Source: Squalus acanthias
Taxonomy: Eukaryota
Assembly: GCA_030390025.1 (NCBI GenBank)
Contig: CM059447.1
Location: 3,472,001-3,536,000 of the forward strand
Direction of reading: 5' to 3'
DNA: 64,000 nucleotides
Shown: positions 25,911 to 39,500 of the stretch, piece after piece
Layout of the letters: the number at the start of each line of letters is the position of its first letter
Position numbering within the stretch: position 1 is the stretch's first letter
Translations under genes and position numbers: made by a program
The notes under the pieces: model-generated
What the model was told of the DNA's origin: nothing
The model's input: only the letters and a program-made list of their open reading frames with translations
The model's database searches: none

Positions 25911-28467
25911 ACTTCTTTGAAATACATGTGTAACTCTCGAAGATGCAGGTCCAGAGTATTGGGTTCCTAAACCTTGAAGTAGTGAAAGGATTTGGTATAA
26001 TTTTGAACTGGTAAAACACTTGTATGGTATGATTGTGTTGTATTTACTTTCTGCTTTTAATTTGTTTTGCCAGTAACTGTAGACAATTTATTCCCCAATC
26101 TTATACTTTTGCCTCCCCTGTTCTTCTCAAGGTGTTGACACTTGCAGCCATCTGTGGAATCGTACCCCAGCATCTCTTTAGTACCTTTCCGAAATGGTCA
26201 TTCTTTATACATCATGAGGCTCGTGAAACCTCACAGCTGAGCCTGACCCCACCTTTTATCAACTAAAGTCCACATGTGCACTTTCTGACAAAGATCACAG
26301 GATAGGGATCTGGAACTGGAACCCTACCTGATATTGACCATTAACTCGGATGCATTGAGGCCACTTATAGTGCCCTGGCTGAAATCCGCCAATGCAGCAC
26401 AAAAGGAGAATCTACCCTGAGATCATTTTCTGGTTTGTACTGTTTAATGCTACATTGGGCGGTGCTATTACCCATTAGGCCAGTGTAGAATGTTTGAATA
26501 GAACTGCCTTGTTTTCAGTTTTGCAGACTGTTTGGATCATTGCAGACTGTTTGGTTGTGGCTGTCTGACCCTACCCCTCTGCCACATTTCTGTGTACATT
26601 GTAAACCAGAATGTTGACAGCAAAATTATTTCAGTTAAAAGGGGCACTATTATCTTGCAAGGAAGTTCTGTAAGATCCTATTGGGGCTGTTTGCAAATGT
26701 CTTGTACACAGTTACATCATTTGTTGGCAATTGTATTTTCAGTTAATATTAAACACATTTAAAATGCAAGCCAGTCTGGCCAAAATAACATGTTGGGAAG
26801 TGTATTCGAGAGAAGATCGAGCTGCAACCCCCCCCCCGCCTCATCAATTGTGGCAACTTTTCAAAGTCAACATTTGTAGTGGTTTTCTGGTATAGACTTT
26901 TTCAGTAACTGATTCCTGTCTATAAACCTTCCCTTATATGACAACACTGACTCTTTTTAAGCAATACAGGATGTTCTCAAGTAGATTATATTGACCTGTT
27001 GTTGGAGACTTGTCGTTAGGGTAACTTGGTAATCTTGGTCCAAAAAGACCTATTGCTAATTTGCAATTTTTGAAGTATTGGCTTTAGGTAGCAATATTTG
27101 TTTTTATTGGACGACTACATCTGGTAAAAGTGTACTCTCACCAGTCAGCACCTGACCCCAACAAAGTGCTTCTCCCTTTTCATATAGACTTTGCAACTTG
27201 CAAAGATCTGACACACTCTGTTAATTCCAAGACTCTTTGTAGCTGTTCTCTGTTCTGTATTATCCTGTAAATTTAGGATGATTTTTCTATATACTCTTTC
27301 AATCATCTCTAGTCGCTTCAGCCTGTTGCTTGCGCACCTTGCTTCTCCCACTTATTTTCCTCTTGCTGATAGTAGAATAGTGGAAAGAACAATATTTGAA
27401 TGTCTGGAGATGTTCTATAATTATCTGTAGGTAGCTGTCTGTTGATCTTTCTAAACGGACGCAGATGTATCATTTTGTCAATTTACATGGGTTGTATATT
27501 AGAAAAATAAATAATCAACATACCAATTGCTTTATTCAACTCCTGGGAATTATGTACAGTAGTACCTGTCAAAAATGTATTTAAAAGTCAGCAGTGTCAC
27601 AAGTCTGCATTATTAAACAAAAAGTAATGCCCTTCAAAAGATACTAATTGATTACTATCCTCTGCAACAAACACATGGTGGCTGGCTGGCTGACTGCAGA
27701 GGTTCACTCCTCTCCCATTCAAATCATTGCTCACCTCCATCTTTCTAGACACACTAATTTGTACATTTACAGTGCAAGTCCTAAACCGATGATGGCAGAA
27801 CATTGCATTATTATAGTTTCAGTATTTAGTAAACTTGTTAAGGTTGGGATGTTTTTTATGTGCACATCTAAGTACTAGCGTGCCATTGTATCCTTTATAT
27901 ATCCTTTTGTTGTTTTATTTGAGAAGCATGTATATGGGACTTGTAAACCAATAATGAGATTGATTCATAAACCTAAAACCACAATTAAAAATGGAGCTGC
28001 TTACCATAGGACTAAATAAGAATATGATTGTTGTTTTGGATTGTGGCCAAACCACATCACTAAGTGTACTTTGTCAGAGGAGACTAGACAGGAATCTACA
28101 TGAAATAAACTGATGTAAGCAAACGCTATGGGAATACATACCAAGGTGGACCTCTACAACCCAGATAGTTTCCTTTCCTCTTAACTAGTTTGTTCTTAAG
28201 TTCTTTCAGGTTTGAAAATTTAGGATTCTCTCAAGTTAAAGCATTTAAAAAATATATTTTATATCATTGATATATAATGTTCATTCCTATTCCTCCTTCC
28301 TTGGTCTCATATCAGTACCTGGTCAAGAGAGCTTGTAGGCAACCAGTATGTCTTTGTTCTTTTTCTCTTCCTCTCTTCTCCCCTTTCCTCTCCCCCACAT
28401 TGATGAGATTCATATTGGGAATTTGTTTTATGGAGAATTGTGGGCACTAGTTTCTGTCCAAGTACTC

Positions 28468-29505
28468 TAGGAACATAGAATCAGGAGTAGGCCATTCAGC
28501 CCCCCCCGAGTTTCTACCACCATTTCAATTAGATCATGGCTGATCTGTATTTTAACTCAATTTACCCACCTTGGTTCCTATCCCTTTAATACCCTTACCT
28601 AACACAAATCTATCAATCTCAGTTTTGTAATTTTCAATTGACTTAAGCTCAAAAGCTTTTTTGGGGGAGAGTTCCAGATCTCCATTACCCTTTGTGTGAA
28701 GAACTGCTTCCTGACATCACCCCTGTTTGGCCTAGCTCTAATTTTAAGGCTATGCTCCCTTGTTGTGGACTCTCACCAGAGGAAATAGTTTCTCCTTTTT
28801 ATCTACCCCATCAAATCCTTAATTATCTTAAACACCTCAATTAGATCACCCCTTAATCTTCTTTACTCAAGGGAATACAAGCCTAGTCTATTAACCCTTT
28901 TAGCCTCAGTATCATTCTGCCGAATCTGCGCTGTACGCCCCCTCAGGCCAATATATCCTTCCTGAGGTATGGTGCTGAGAACTGAATGCACGACTCCAGA
29001 TGTGGTCCAACCAGAGTTCTATACAACTGTAAAATAACTCTCATCCCTTTGTATTACAGCACCCTTGAGATGAAGGTTAACGTTCCATTAGCATTTTAAA
29101 TTATTTCTTGTACCTGTCCACTAGTTTTTAGTGATTTCTGTACATGGACCCCATAACCGTTCTGCTCCTCCACAGTTCCTAGCTTCTCACCATTTAGAAA
29201 ATACTCTTGATCTATCCTTCTTGGATCCGAAGTGGATAACCTCACACTTCCCCACATTGAACTCCATCTGCCAAAGTTTTGTCCATTTGCTTAATCTATT
29301 AATGTCCCTTTGCAACTTTGTTCTCCCATCTACACTACTTACTGTGCCACCTAATTTAGTGTCGTTAGCAAACTTAGATATACAACTCTCTACTACTTCA
29401 TCTAAGTCATTGTTAAATATTGTGAAAAGCTGAGACCCCAGTACAGAACCCTGGGGGACACCACTAGTCACATCCTGCCATTTGGGGTACAGCGCCATTA
29501 TCCCT
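28468..29505 (-). mobile_element. CR1 LINE 3' fragment
   Basis: ORF 29187-29528 contains VTSGVPQGSVLG...KFANDTKLGG...WQMEFNVGKC. CR1 tail near 28468. Confidence 0.9.
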
Positions 29506-31254
29506 GCTCTAGCACAGGATGCTGGCACTCTAGTGGGCTATGTTGCCCAAACTAGAAAGTATTCAGTGCCAAACCATTTATTTAAAGACATGGGTATTTG
29601 TGCTGTTGAAAGTAGAAGGTGCAGACACACCTGAATTCCTTTTTATTGTCTTCTAATAAGATTTAGGAGCAGGCAGGCTTTGAGCTCCAATGCTGGAGTG
29701 TTGGACTAGGAGACCCAGGATGGATCTGTTCTTTAGATTGACACTGATATTGTATACCTATTTGGTGAGGTTTTTCCCCAGTTATGGCATGGTGAACTTC
29801 TAAGGGAAAACTGGGTTTGGTTGTGGATATCGTCTCCTTCCTGCACTGCTCAGGAATGGTTCACTTGCAATGCTGGTTGGTCAGTAAAGGAGTGACTTTA
29901 ACATTGTTGGTGAAAATGTCCAAGGCTGGACCATCCCGACCACCTAACCAAGGAAGATCATCGAATATTACAGCACAGAAGGAGACCATTTGGCCCATCG
30001 AGTCCGCGCCGGCTCTTTCAAAGTGCAATCCAGTTAATCCCACTCCCTGGCTCTTTCCCATATCCCTGCAATTTTTTCTCCTGGTTATAGTTTATTTTTG
30101 AGAGGGAGTAGGCATATTTATCAAAGTTAAAAATGCTCTATTTGTGGTATTATTACACAGCTATAGGGTAAATATTACTGAGTATTTAATATTAATCTCA
30201 TCTTTCAAGCAAATGTGAACATTCAGTGTTTGAGTACAGTGAAACTAAGGGTCAAAGCATTTGTCTAGACCAACAGAATCCTTCTATCCCAAAAATGCTC
30301 AGTTCAGAAGTACATCTGAATATATAATTGATTGTATTAATAGTAGGTTCAGGGGGATTAAGTTTTAGTTTACTCAGACATTGTTCTATATAATCAATAA
30401 AAAAATAGTGTGTAATTAGTTGGCATTGCGATATTGTGTGTGTCTGGCAGATCACCCCCCCACCCCAGCAAGCCGTCAAATGTTGCACACTGGTGAGAGT
30501 TTCTCTCTCAACATGTAATGCCTCCAGACAGAATTGTATATTTGTTCCACTTACCAGCTCTCAGTGCAGGAGGAAATCTTATTAAAAAGAGCAGCTTTGG
30601 TCTAATTTAAAAAAATCCCAGTATATTATCTGATCTCATTCATATGAAAAGATATAATATAGACATTTTATAATATGACGCAGAACAGAACTCGTGTCTG
30701 TCACAGATGATTTGTCTAAGTGGGTTATGAGTACAACCTGTTTGCAGCCCAAACAAAATAGTAGTATGCAGTATCAAATGCCACCACTGACACCCAGTTA
30801 TGTTTGCTTTGGGTGGTGCTGCAACTCTGCTGCAAGAAGAGATCACCTCTTAAGGTGGGATTTTGCACTGCTAGAAGTAGTAATGCCTGCCTCATTTGTA
30901 TTATGCCATATATGGAAATAACCACATACAAAGCACTCGGGTACCAATTTTTAGATGAAATGTGAAATTGAGGCATTGTCTGGCGGTTCTAGTGCCTGAG
31001 ATGTTTGAGATACATCCAATGACACTACTTGAAGAGAGGAGGATGTTTTCCCAGTGTCTTGACCAATGTTTCTCACTTTTACCAACACCAAAGCAGAAAA
31101 ATATGGTCATTCATCATGGTCTGGCTATGTGAAAAATGGCTGCTTTTGTTTTTTGCTTGCTTGACAATCATGGGACTAGAAAGTAATTGTATACGAAGTG
31201 CTTTGAGATATTTCTGAACACGTGGTAAGACATTGCATCTTGGGTGTCAAATAC

Positions 31255-31787
31255 ACTCCTGGCTGGCCTTTCGCGTTCTACCCTCCGTAAACTTGAGGGC
31301 ATCCAAAACTCTGCTGCCCATGTCTTAACTTGCACCAAGTCCTGTTCACCCATCACCCCTGTGCTCGCTGACCTACATTGACTCCCGGTTAAGCAACGCC
31401 TCGATTTAAAAAATTCTCACTCTTGTTTTCAAAACCCTCCACGGCCTCGCCCTTCCCTATCTCTGTTATCTCCTCCAGCCCTACAACCCTCTGAGGTATC
31501 TGCGCTCCTCCAATTCTGGCCTCTTGAGCATCCCCGATTTTAATTGCTCCACCATTGGTGGCCGTGCCTTCAGCCGCCTAGGCCCTAAGCTCTGGAATTT
31601 CCTCCCTAAACCTCTCGCGCTCACGCTCGCTCTCTCCCCTCCTTTAAGACGTTCTTTAAAACCTACCTCTTTCACCTGCCCTATGTCTCCTATGTGGCTC
31701 GGTGTCAAATTTTCTTAACGCTGCCGTGAAGCGCCTTGGGACATTTTACTATGTTAAAGGCGCTATGTAAATAAAAGTTGTTTTTGT
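31255..31787 (+). mobile_element. L2 LINE 3' fragment
   Basis: IQNSAA...LHW, STIGGRAFS...PKLWNFLP; L2 tail. Confidence 0.88.
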
Positions 31788-33777
31788 TATATCACTGGCC
31801 ACGTATGTGTACACCATAGACCCTCGAGAATTACATATAAAATTTAAATTCATGTTCCTGTTGATTTCCACGTATCTCAAGGTGTTGATACTAACAGATC
31901 TTGCTATTATGATTCAGGATTTATCTATCAATCAGAGAGGCAACAGTGCTAAGGACAAGCTTTTCCAAACCTTCAGGTCCACAAAGTTCAAACAGGACAA
32001 ACTGGAAATATAAGCACAAATAGAACAGAGTTCCCTGTTTTAGTGGCTGGTTTTGCAGAGCTAGGGCACTACATGTGGCCCATAATCCAAAGTTCAGACA
32101 TCGCTACACTATATAGATGCAAGTCTATTTCTTTTAAGCAATCCTGATTAGCAGTATGTGTGCTGACTGTACTCTGAAAGTAACAGGAGCTATAAGTGTA
32201 CAAGTTCTGAGGTGAAGTGGTGGTTTTTGCATTAACTGATTTAAGTATAAAATTGATCCATTTAGCTTTTTGGGCATAGTCTGTTGTATGGTAATACAAA
32301 AGGTTAAACAAAATCTTTTGTGTTGCACCAGCTATGTTTCCATATCATTTGGTTAACTGTATGCATATGAAATTCTGAGCATTACTTTTGTTTGAAGTGT
32401 TTATGGTACATCTGCTAATACAATAATAGATCAGTTACACTACTGGCCAAGAGTCTTACCTAAAACCAGCAACCCTCAGTTTGAACTATTACAGTAAATC
32501 CAAATGTACGCCACTGGAATGTGCGGGGAATAAATAAGCTGCTTTAGCAAATCTTTTAAAATTAACGTTGCCTTTTACCCCATGCCGAATTAACGGAATT
32601 GGACTTTAAGAGGCATATTTTTTCCAATAGTTTTGTACGTAAATGGATTTGACTATTTTTACTGATAAATTGTAGTTATTACTGAATACATTTTTAAATT
32701 TTTTTAGATCTGTGCAAGATTTCAAACCTTTCCAGACTGGCTGCAAGATTTGAGTCCCTATAGGATAGCCTTAGTGTGTCTGGTAAACAGGACGAGGTCT
32801 AGTCTGAGCAGCTGGCAACAATAGCAATGCAAAAAGTCAGGTGTAAGAATCCGCACATCCATTACGAAAAGAAGATCCGCAGTAGACAGCCTTCACAGGC
32901 TGAACTGCTGCCAAATGGGAAATGAATCACCGTCTCTGAATGGGATGAGTGCTGTGCAAGAGCAGTTCAAAATTCTAAGTATTTTGGCTCTGATACCACG
33001 AAAAATGATTAATAGTTTGTCATATTTCCTTTTTGCAAAAAGGGTGGGTTGTTCTTTTTTAATGTTTTAGAAACTTGTATTTTCTTTTTAATGTGTATGA
33101 ATTGTACCTCCGCCATACAGTTTGATAGTTATTAGGGATCACTAGTTCCTGCAGGAAAGGTTTTCTTTTCCTTGTCATGATTTTTCAATGGTATGATCTT
33201 TGCAGTCGAGCATGTGAAAACATACTTGGCACGGGTTCCGATTTAATTGTGGGGAGGCGAGGTTTTGACCTTGTTCGGAAACCCAATTATGCAAACTTGC
33301 TGTGTACGTCATCATAATGGGTTTCTTTCTCTCCAGGCATTTGGAAAGCACACTGTGGTGCATGCCATGGGGTAGTACATGGAGTCACGCCTGCAGCTTA
33401 GTATGTGGAAAGCACCATGATCTAGGTTGTAACATCGGGGTAAGTCCAGGTGAACACTTGGCAATTTTGTACAAAGAAGGGAAGGGGGACTTGCTGTAGC
33501 GTGTGCTCGTACATTTCCGAGGAACTGATACGAATGACATTAGTGGAAACTTGAATGTGGGTTGTGTGCTCAGTCTGGTATGTTGGACAGTGAAACTTGT
33601 TGATCTAATTGAGGTGTTTAAGATATTACCCCGAACCATAACTAACCCCCAAAAACACTCAATTTCTCTCCTCCCAACCATCGTCCAATTTTTATTTTTG
33701 ACTGTATGGAGCATTGATGCCTTGGTGGCAGTTTTGGTGCCAAAAATGCATGAGTCGGCGAGAGCAATGGAGGTTGG

Positions 33778-33858
33778 AATGAGAGAAGGATTCTGGCATT
33801 CACAAATGAGAGAAGGATTCTGGCATTCACAAATGAGAGAAGGATTCTGGCATTCACA
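33778..33858. repeat. Perfect 27-bp tandem triplication
   Basis: AATGAGAGAAGGATTCTGGCATTCACA x3. Confidence 0.95.
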
Positions 33859-35222
33859 AATGGGAGAATTGGTGGCAACTGAGGAAGGGAGTCAGTCACT
33901 GGCTGGAAGGAGGATGATTCGGGGGTGGCTGGTGAGTGGAGGGAGGCCGGCCCACTCTTGAAGAGTAGCTGGGAGGTAGAGGCCGCACTGGCCTAGAGGG
34001 AGAGGTGAGGAGAGGGGAGGTGAGAAGCCACCAGGGTTTGGTGCAGAAAGGAGTGGGACAAGACCCCAAGACAGTGAGGGACTGGGAATTAGCACGGAAT
34101 GGGCGGCAGGAAGAAAGGGCGGCCAAGAGTCCTATTTTTAAATCGGAGGAAGAGGCTGAAACTGCAGAGGATACTGAGGTCTGTGGCAAAAAAGAGCTGG
34201 CAGCTTCAGGAGAAGGAGACCGGGCTCCAAGCAGCAGCAGCTGCCCAAGAGGAGAGAAAGGAGAGTCTACATGATGGAGAAGATGAGTTTACTGGCTAAA
34301 CTTTGACTTTGACTAATACCATGGAAATCATCACCCAATGTGAATGGGCTGAGAGGGGAGGTTCGACACCTCCCATCCTTTGACCTGAGCTCCACCCCAG
34401 AGTTTAATCGTTATCTAAATTTTGTAATTTTTGTCTTTTATTTTGTTACAAACCTTGTTTCCAATAGGAAGTCCTTGGCTTACTGGAGAAATCAACGTGG
34501 CAGCTGAAAGGATTTACAAAGAAAAATATTTGTAGTTTAATGTATTCCCTTTCTCTACCACTTCAGTTGTGATTTGTTGATGTTTTATGTATATAAAGTT
34601 TGAGCCAATGTGTATGTGTGTATATATACACTTGTGACTCATAAATTTTTCCCTTCTAGCATGTGCTAGATGTATAAGTTCATTTCCTAGAAATCTGGTT
34701 GGGGAAGGGAGAAAAAAAAAATCAGTATGATTTTGATACTTACTTTCATGTCCCACTTGACGATGATCTTCATTACACTATCTAATGCTGTGTTTGGTAG
34801 AGTATGTGGAAATAGGTTAAATGCTGCAAAACAAGCGTATTATATGCAAAAGTTACAAAAAGTTTAGTTTGCTTATTCCGTATACTCTGCTGTAACTTTT
34901 GAAATCAAATAGCTGTTTCAACCTGCAAGTTTTTATTTCTTTTGCCAGTTCTCTCTCATCTCTGCTCTTGTAGGTTTTGGTTAGGCATGGTTCTAGGGGC
35001 TCCAGTTGCACTTGGCCACCTTATCCAAGGTGGTAATTATTTACGCATGAAACTCAATCGTGAGTATTGGCAGGCTTTTCAACTAAAGAGGCATCACATT
35101 TGAGCCTGATCCTATCCACACGTGGCCAGGAGTTGTTGGACAGTGTTCAGGAACAGGAACTTTGGCTGATTATTCCCTCCTTAATCCAGGGATGCTGAGG
35201 CCTGTTGTTGTGTCTGGGCCGC

Positions 35223-35680
35223 TGATGTAAGCTCCCAAAGTGCGGACCCAGTGATATACAAGGTCGACGCTACTGAGCTTGTTGGAAGAAAGACTGACCA
35301 AGTAATTGAAGTCACAACGGTTTATTACAGGCCTGGGGAGAACCTCTCATGTCGCTTACATGAGTACAACTCCACCGAGCTAATGAAAACACACATATTT
35401 ATATCCAATCAGGTTTAAAAGTTACACACAATGCTAGGTCTAAAAACACATTACTCGTTTTACAAATATTTCTGTCTTGCCTTATGGGGATCTCGTTATC
35501 CGAGGGTGGCTGTAAAAGTTACATACAATGCTATCTGTAAATCTCGTTGAAGGAGATAGACTCCGAAAGCTTGTAAGGTGTTGTGTGACTTGAAACAAAT
35601 CTCGTTAAAGGCCTGGCTTTCTGCAAATGAGTCATGCCCGAATTGCCCTGGTTATATCCAATTTTTAATATCTTACTTCA
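35223..35680 (-). repeat. 3' LTR
   Basis: No mismatch to 42105-42562 found by eye. AATAAA at 35326-35321. Preceded by the PPT. Confidence 0.96.
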
Positions 35681-35683
35681 ATT

Positions 35684-35693
35684 CCCCCCTTTT
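35684..35693 (-). promoter_or_regulatory. Polypurine tract
   Basis: AAAAGGGGGG followed by AAT and then the TG of the 3' LTR; very like the MLV PPT (AAAAAGGGGGG-AA-TG). Confidence 0.9.
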
Positions 35694-36060
35694 GACCTAT
35701 TGGACAACTGTTCCAATACAGGTCAACATGTATTCCTATTGCCTGGTGTCTGCCTGAGCGTGCACTCTCTGGCCTTCTACCAGTCTAGGTTATACATGGG
35801 TATGACATAAACCAATTTATAAGCCGGTTTCACCCCACGCGGTATATGTGGACTTATTATTTTCTTGTCTTGGTTCTATGTTGCCATCCCCGGGGCCCAA
35901 GAGCCCTGCATCAATGGTTTGGGCTTCTGGTTCGAGCTTCTGGTTCGAGCTCGTCCTCCATTCCCTCGGTGGGTGCGTGACGTGTCCTTTCGAGACTGTC
36001 ATCACTCACCAATCCTGTTTCTGCCACTCCCGTCTTACGGTTGGCCGGCCTGGTTATTAA

Positions 36061-36558
36061 TTACCATGTCCAATTCATCCCTTGTAATTTTAGGGCTATA
36101 GATCGGGTCTTACACCATCATGGCTTTACCTAATCTTTGAGCAGCAAGAATACACAGTATATTGTAATAACAATCACGAGGAATATCATTATGCTTTGCA
36201 CCACTGAGGCGCCCAACGTCCCCGACCATCCTGACCCCCAATCACCAAAATATCATTTCCGGTGTTATATAGGCCATATATAAGCAGATACTTGATTATC
36301 TTCCTTTTTGTCAGCCGTCCCTTCTTCCGTCGTTCTTCTAATTTGTCCTGTGGAAATACAAGGCTGGTCGTCACCAGCAGTTAGTTATTCCATTCTTACT
36401 ACTTTGCCAGTCTCCCAGATCTATTGAAACATACAGACCACGAAGAATGTTACTATCATAATGCAACAGGATCATATTAACGCGAATACAAGGATGTCCT
36501 GTCCCTTTGGACCCTATGCAAATAATCCTTGCTTTCCTTGTACAATATGATTTCTGGG
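36061..36558 (-). pseudogene. env: Internally deleted, stop-disrupted env relic
   Basis: Read in the pol frame: ILVFALI*SCCIMIVTFFVVCMFQ* (36495-36421), then *YFGDWGSGWSGTLGASVVQSIMIFLVIVITIYCVFLLLKD* (Trp/Gly-rich segment plus a hydrophobic anchor at 36204-36139). It sits in the env position. No homology search was run. Confidence 0.6.
36347..36386 (-). promoter_or_regulatory. Splice acceptor in the ERV 3' region
   Basis: Branch point AACTAAC (36386-36380), pyrimidine tract CCTTGTATTTCCACAG|G, with the AG at 36349-36348. Confidence 0.6.
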
Positions 36559-39500
36559 TTATTCATCAGCTTCTTTGTATAATTTTAATTGTGTCCAGTG
36601 TTTCCATCTTCCCTTTCCAGTGCCGTGCAGGTCTATGCATGCACAAGTGTCGCTGGTCATTAATACCAAATAGGGTCCTTCCCACCGGGGCCGTAACCCA
36701 GGTTTTATTGGAATTATTCTAGACATTACCTGACTTCCCACCCCAGGTATGACTTTCTTTTGTTCCTCGGTATCCCTCTCCAGATCCTTGATTATCTGCT
36801 GGTCTCTAGCCTCCTGTCTCAGCCCGTGCAGTTCCGCACATAATTGCTTTATGAACCTTCTGATTCTGTCCTTTAAAGGTCCCACATCTTCCCCTCCGGT
36901 CACTACTCCTTCGGGAAGCGCCATTGCCCGTCCCGTCATTAATTCAAAAGGGGTCAGTCCGGTGGTGCTATTTGGTGTGGCCCTCAGTCTCATTAGGATT
37001 GTGGGTAACAGTTCCGCCCATCCCTGCCCCGTCTCCACAATGGCCTTTGTGAGAGATCGTTTTAAGGTCCGATTCATTCGTTCCACCATTCCTGAACTTT
37101 CGGGATGGTAAGGTATATGAAATTTCTGCTTTACGCCCAACAGGGCGCAAGCCTCTTTCATTACCTTTCCGGTAAAGTGTGTTCCATTATCTGAATCTAT
37201 TTGTAATGGGACTCCCCACCGGGGTATTATTTCTTCTGCCAAGATCCGGGCCACTGTACTGGCGGTACAGTTTCGGGTGGCAAAAGCTTCCACCCACCTT
37301 GTGAATTGGTCAATTATTACCAGACAGTAGGTTTTTCCTTTGCTTTTGGTTAATGGTCCTGTAAAGTCTATTTGTAGTTTCTCCCAGGGTCCCTTGGGTC
37401 TTGGCTGTCTACCCCATTTTACCTTTACTGGTTTTCCGGTGTTACATTGCGCACAAATGTGGCAATCCTTACAATACTTCCTTATACTGCTTGATAGTCC
37501 GGGCCACCACCAGCATTGGCCTATGTTATTTATCATTCGGCTGGCCCCTGTATGGGCTTGTCCGTGATACAACCTCATTAGTTCCTGTTGGATACACTCC
37601 GGTGCACAGACCCGTCCCTCCTTCCTCCAGACCTTATCTCTGGATAGCATTACTCCCTTCTTTTCCCAAATGTTCAGCTCAGGTTCTGGTATGCCTTGAT
37701 GTAACTTAACAATATTATACTCAAGGGGTATTAATGGGACTGGGGCTCCCCCTATCGGTGTTACATTGCCACAGGGCGCCTCCGTCATAACCTTGGCGGC
37801 CAGGTCTGCCGCTCTGTTACCTTGTTCTTGTGGAGTTTTTCCTTTGGTGTGCGCTTTAACCTTTATTACTGCTAACTCCGTTGGTCCGCGCGCGGCATTC
37901 ACCAAGGACTTTACTACGTCCAGGTGTTGGATGGGGGCTCCCCCAGAGGTGATGTACCCCCTCCTACTCCATGCGGCCATATAATCATGTACTATTCCGA
38001 AGGCGTAGCGGCTGTCGGTATATACATTAACCCTTTTTCCCATAGCCAGTTTCAGGGCTTCCGTTAAGGCTGTTAGTTCTGCGACCTGGGCAGATTTATC
38101 CCCTGGGAGAGTTCCGGCTTGTAACACCATCCCTTCCCCATTTACCACCGCCCAGCCTGTCCTCGGCTTTCCCTGTACATATTTTCGGGATCCATCTACA
38201 TATAACTCCAAGTCCGCTTCGGCCAAGGGTATTTCTTTTATTTTGTCTAGGTCATTTTCTGGCTCTTCCTCATTCATGCATTGGTGGTCCTCTCCTTCCA
38301 TGATCATCATGGAGGCTGGGTTCTGCCCCATATCCCTGACTATCTGTATTGACTTGTCTTTGGGTAATAGTACCGCCTCCCAGGCTGCTCGTCGAGCATT
38401 TGAGACAGACTTCAGTCGTCCCGTATTAAGTAATTCTACCAGGGTGTGCTGGGTGTGTAGTACAATATCTCCGGTCATTATAATCGGTTCACTGACCCGT
38501 ACTGACCATCTGGCACAGTCTATAGCGGCCACGCAGCGGGGCATACCTGCCACGATGGGGGATCGTCTAGTGGAATAGTAGGCCACCGATCTCATGTTTC
38601 CTCCGTGCTCCTGGGCTACTACGGCGCTATAGTGTCCATCATGATTGTGACAGAATATGTGATAGGGTCTCTCTTGATCAGGTAATCCTAACGCGGGGGC
38701 GGCGGTCAGGGCTTGTTTAAGTTTGGTAAATGCTTCTTCCTGAGTGGATGTCCACCCGATGGGTTCTCCTGCTGCCCTACCCCCCTTTGTTAATTCATAC
38801 AGAGGCGCGGCCATGTGTGAGAAGCCTTCTATAAAGTTCCGGCTAAAGTTAAAGAGACCGAGTACCTGTCGTACTCCTCTCACGTTTATGGGCCTTGGCA
38901 TTTGGCTGATTGCCTCCTTCCTTTCCTCTGGCATAGCCCTTTTTCCCATACTGACCCTATACCCGAGGTATGTGACTTCCAATTTTCCTACCTGGGCTTT
39001 GGCTGGGTTTGCTTTAAAACCCGCCTCCCGTAGGGTTGAAAAGACCTTTACCAGGGCCCCCTTATGTCCCACTTTCGTTTCTGACGCTATTAGGAGGTCA
39101 TCCACGTATTGTAAGAGGGTACTATTTTCACCCTCTAAGTCTAGGTCTTCAAGAGCTCTGGCCATGTGGCGGTGAAAAATGGCTGGACTGTTATGGAATC
39201 CTTGTGGGACCCGTGTCCATGTATACTGTTTGCCGCCTATTGTAAAGGCGAACTTTTCCTGTGATTCCTCATGCAGGGGAATGGACCAGAACCCGTTTGC
39301 GATGTCTAACACGGTGAATATTTTGTGTTCCGGTTTTAAACCGTTAAAGATAGTAGCTGGGCTTGCTACAATTGGATATTCCTTTGGGGTCACTTTATTT
39401 AAGGCTGTGTAATCGATTGTAAGTCGATATGACGCATCAGGTTTCTTTACGGGCCATACTGGAGAGTTAGTGCCGGACACTGTTTCTCGCAGAATTCCCT

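Noticed and set aside
32700-32985. Unique exon-like segment after TTTTTAG
   Set aside because: Weak donors and no recognisable protein in any frame.
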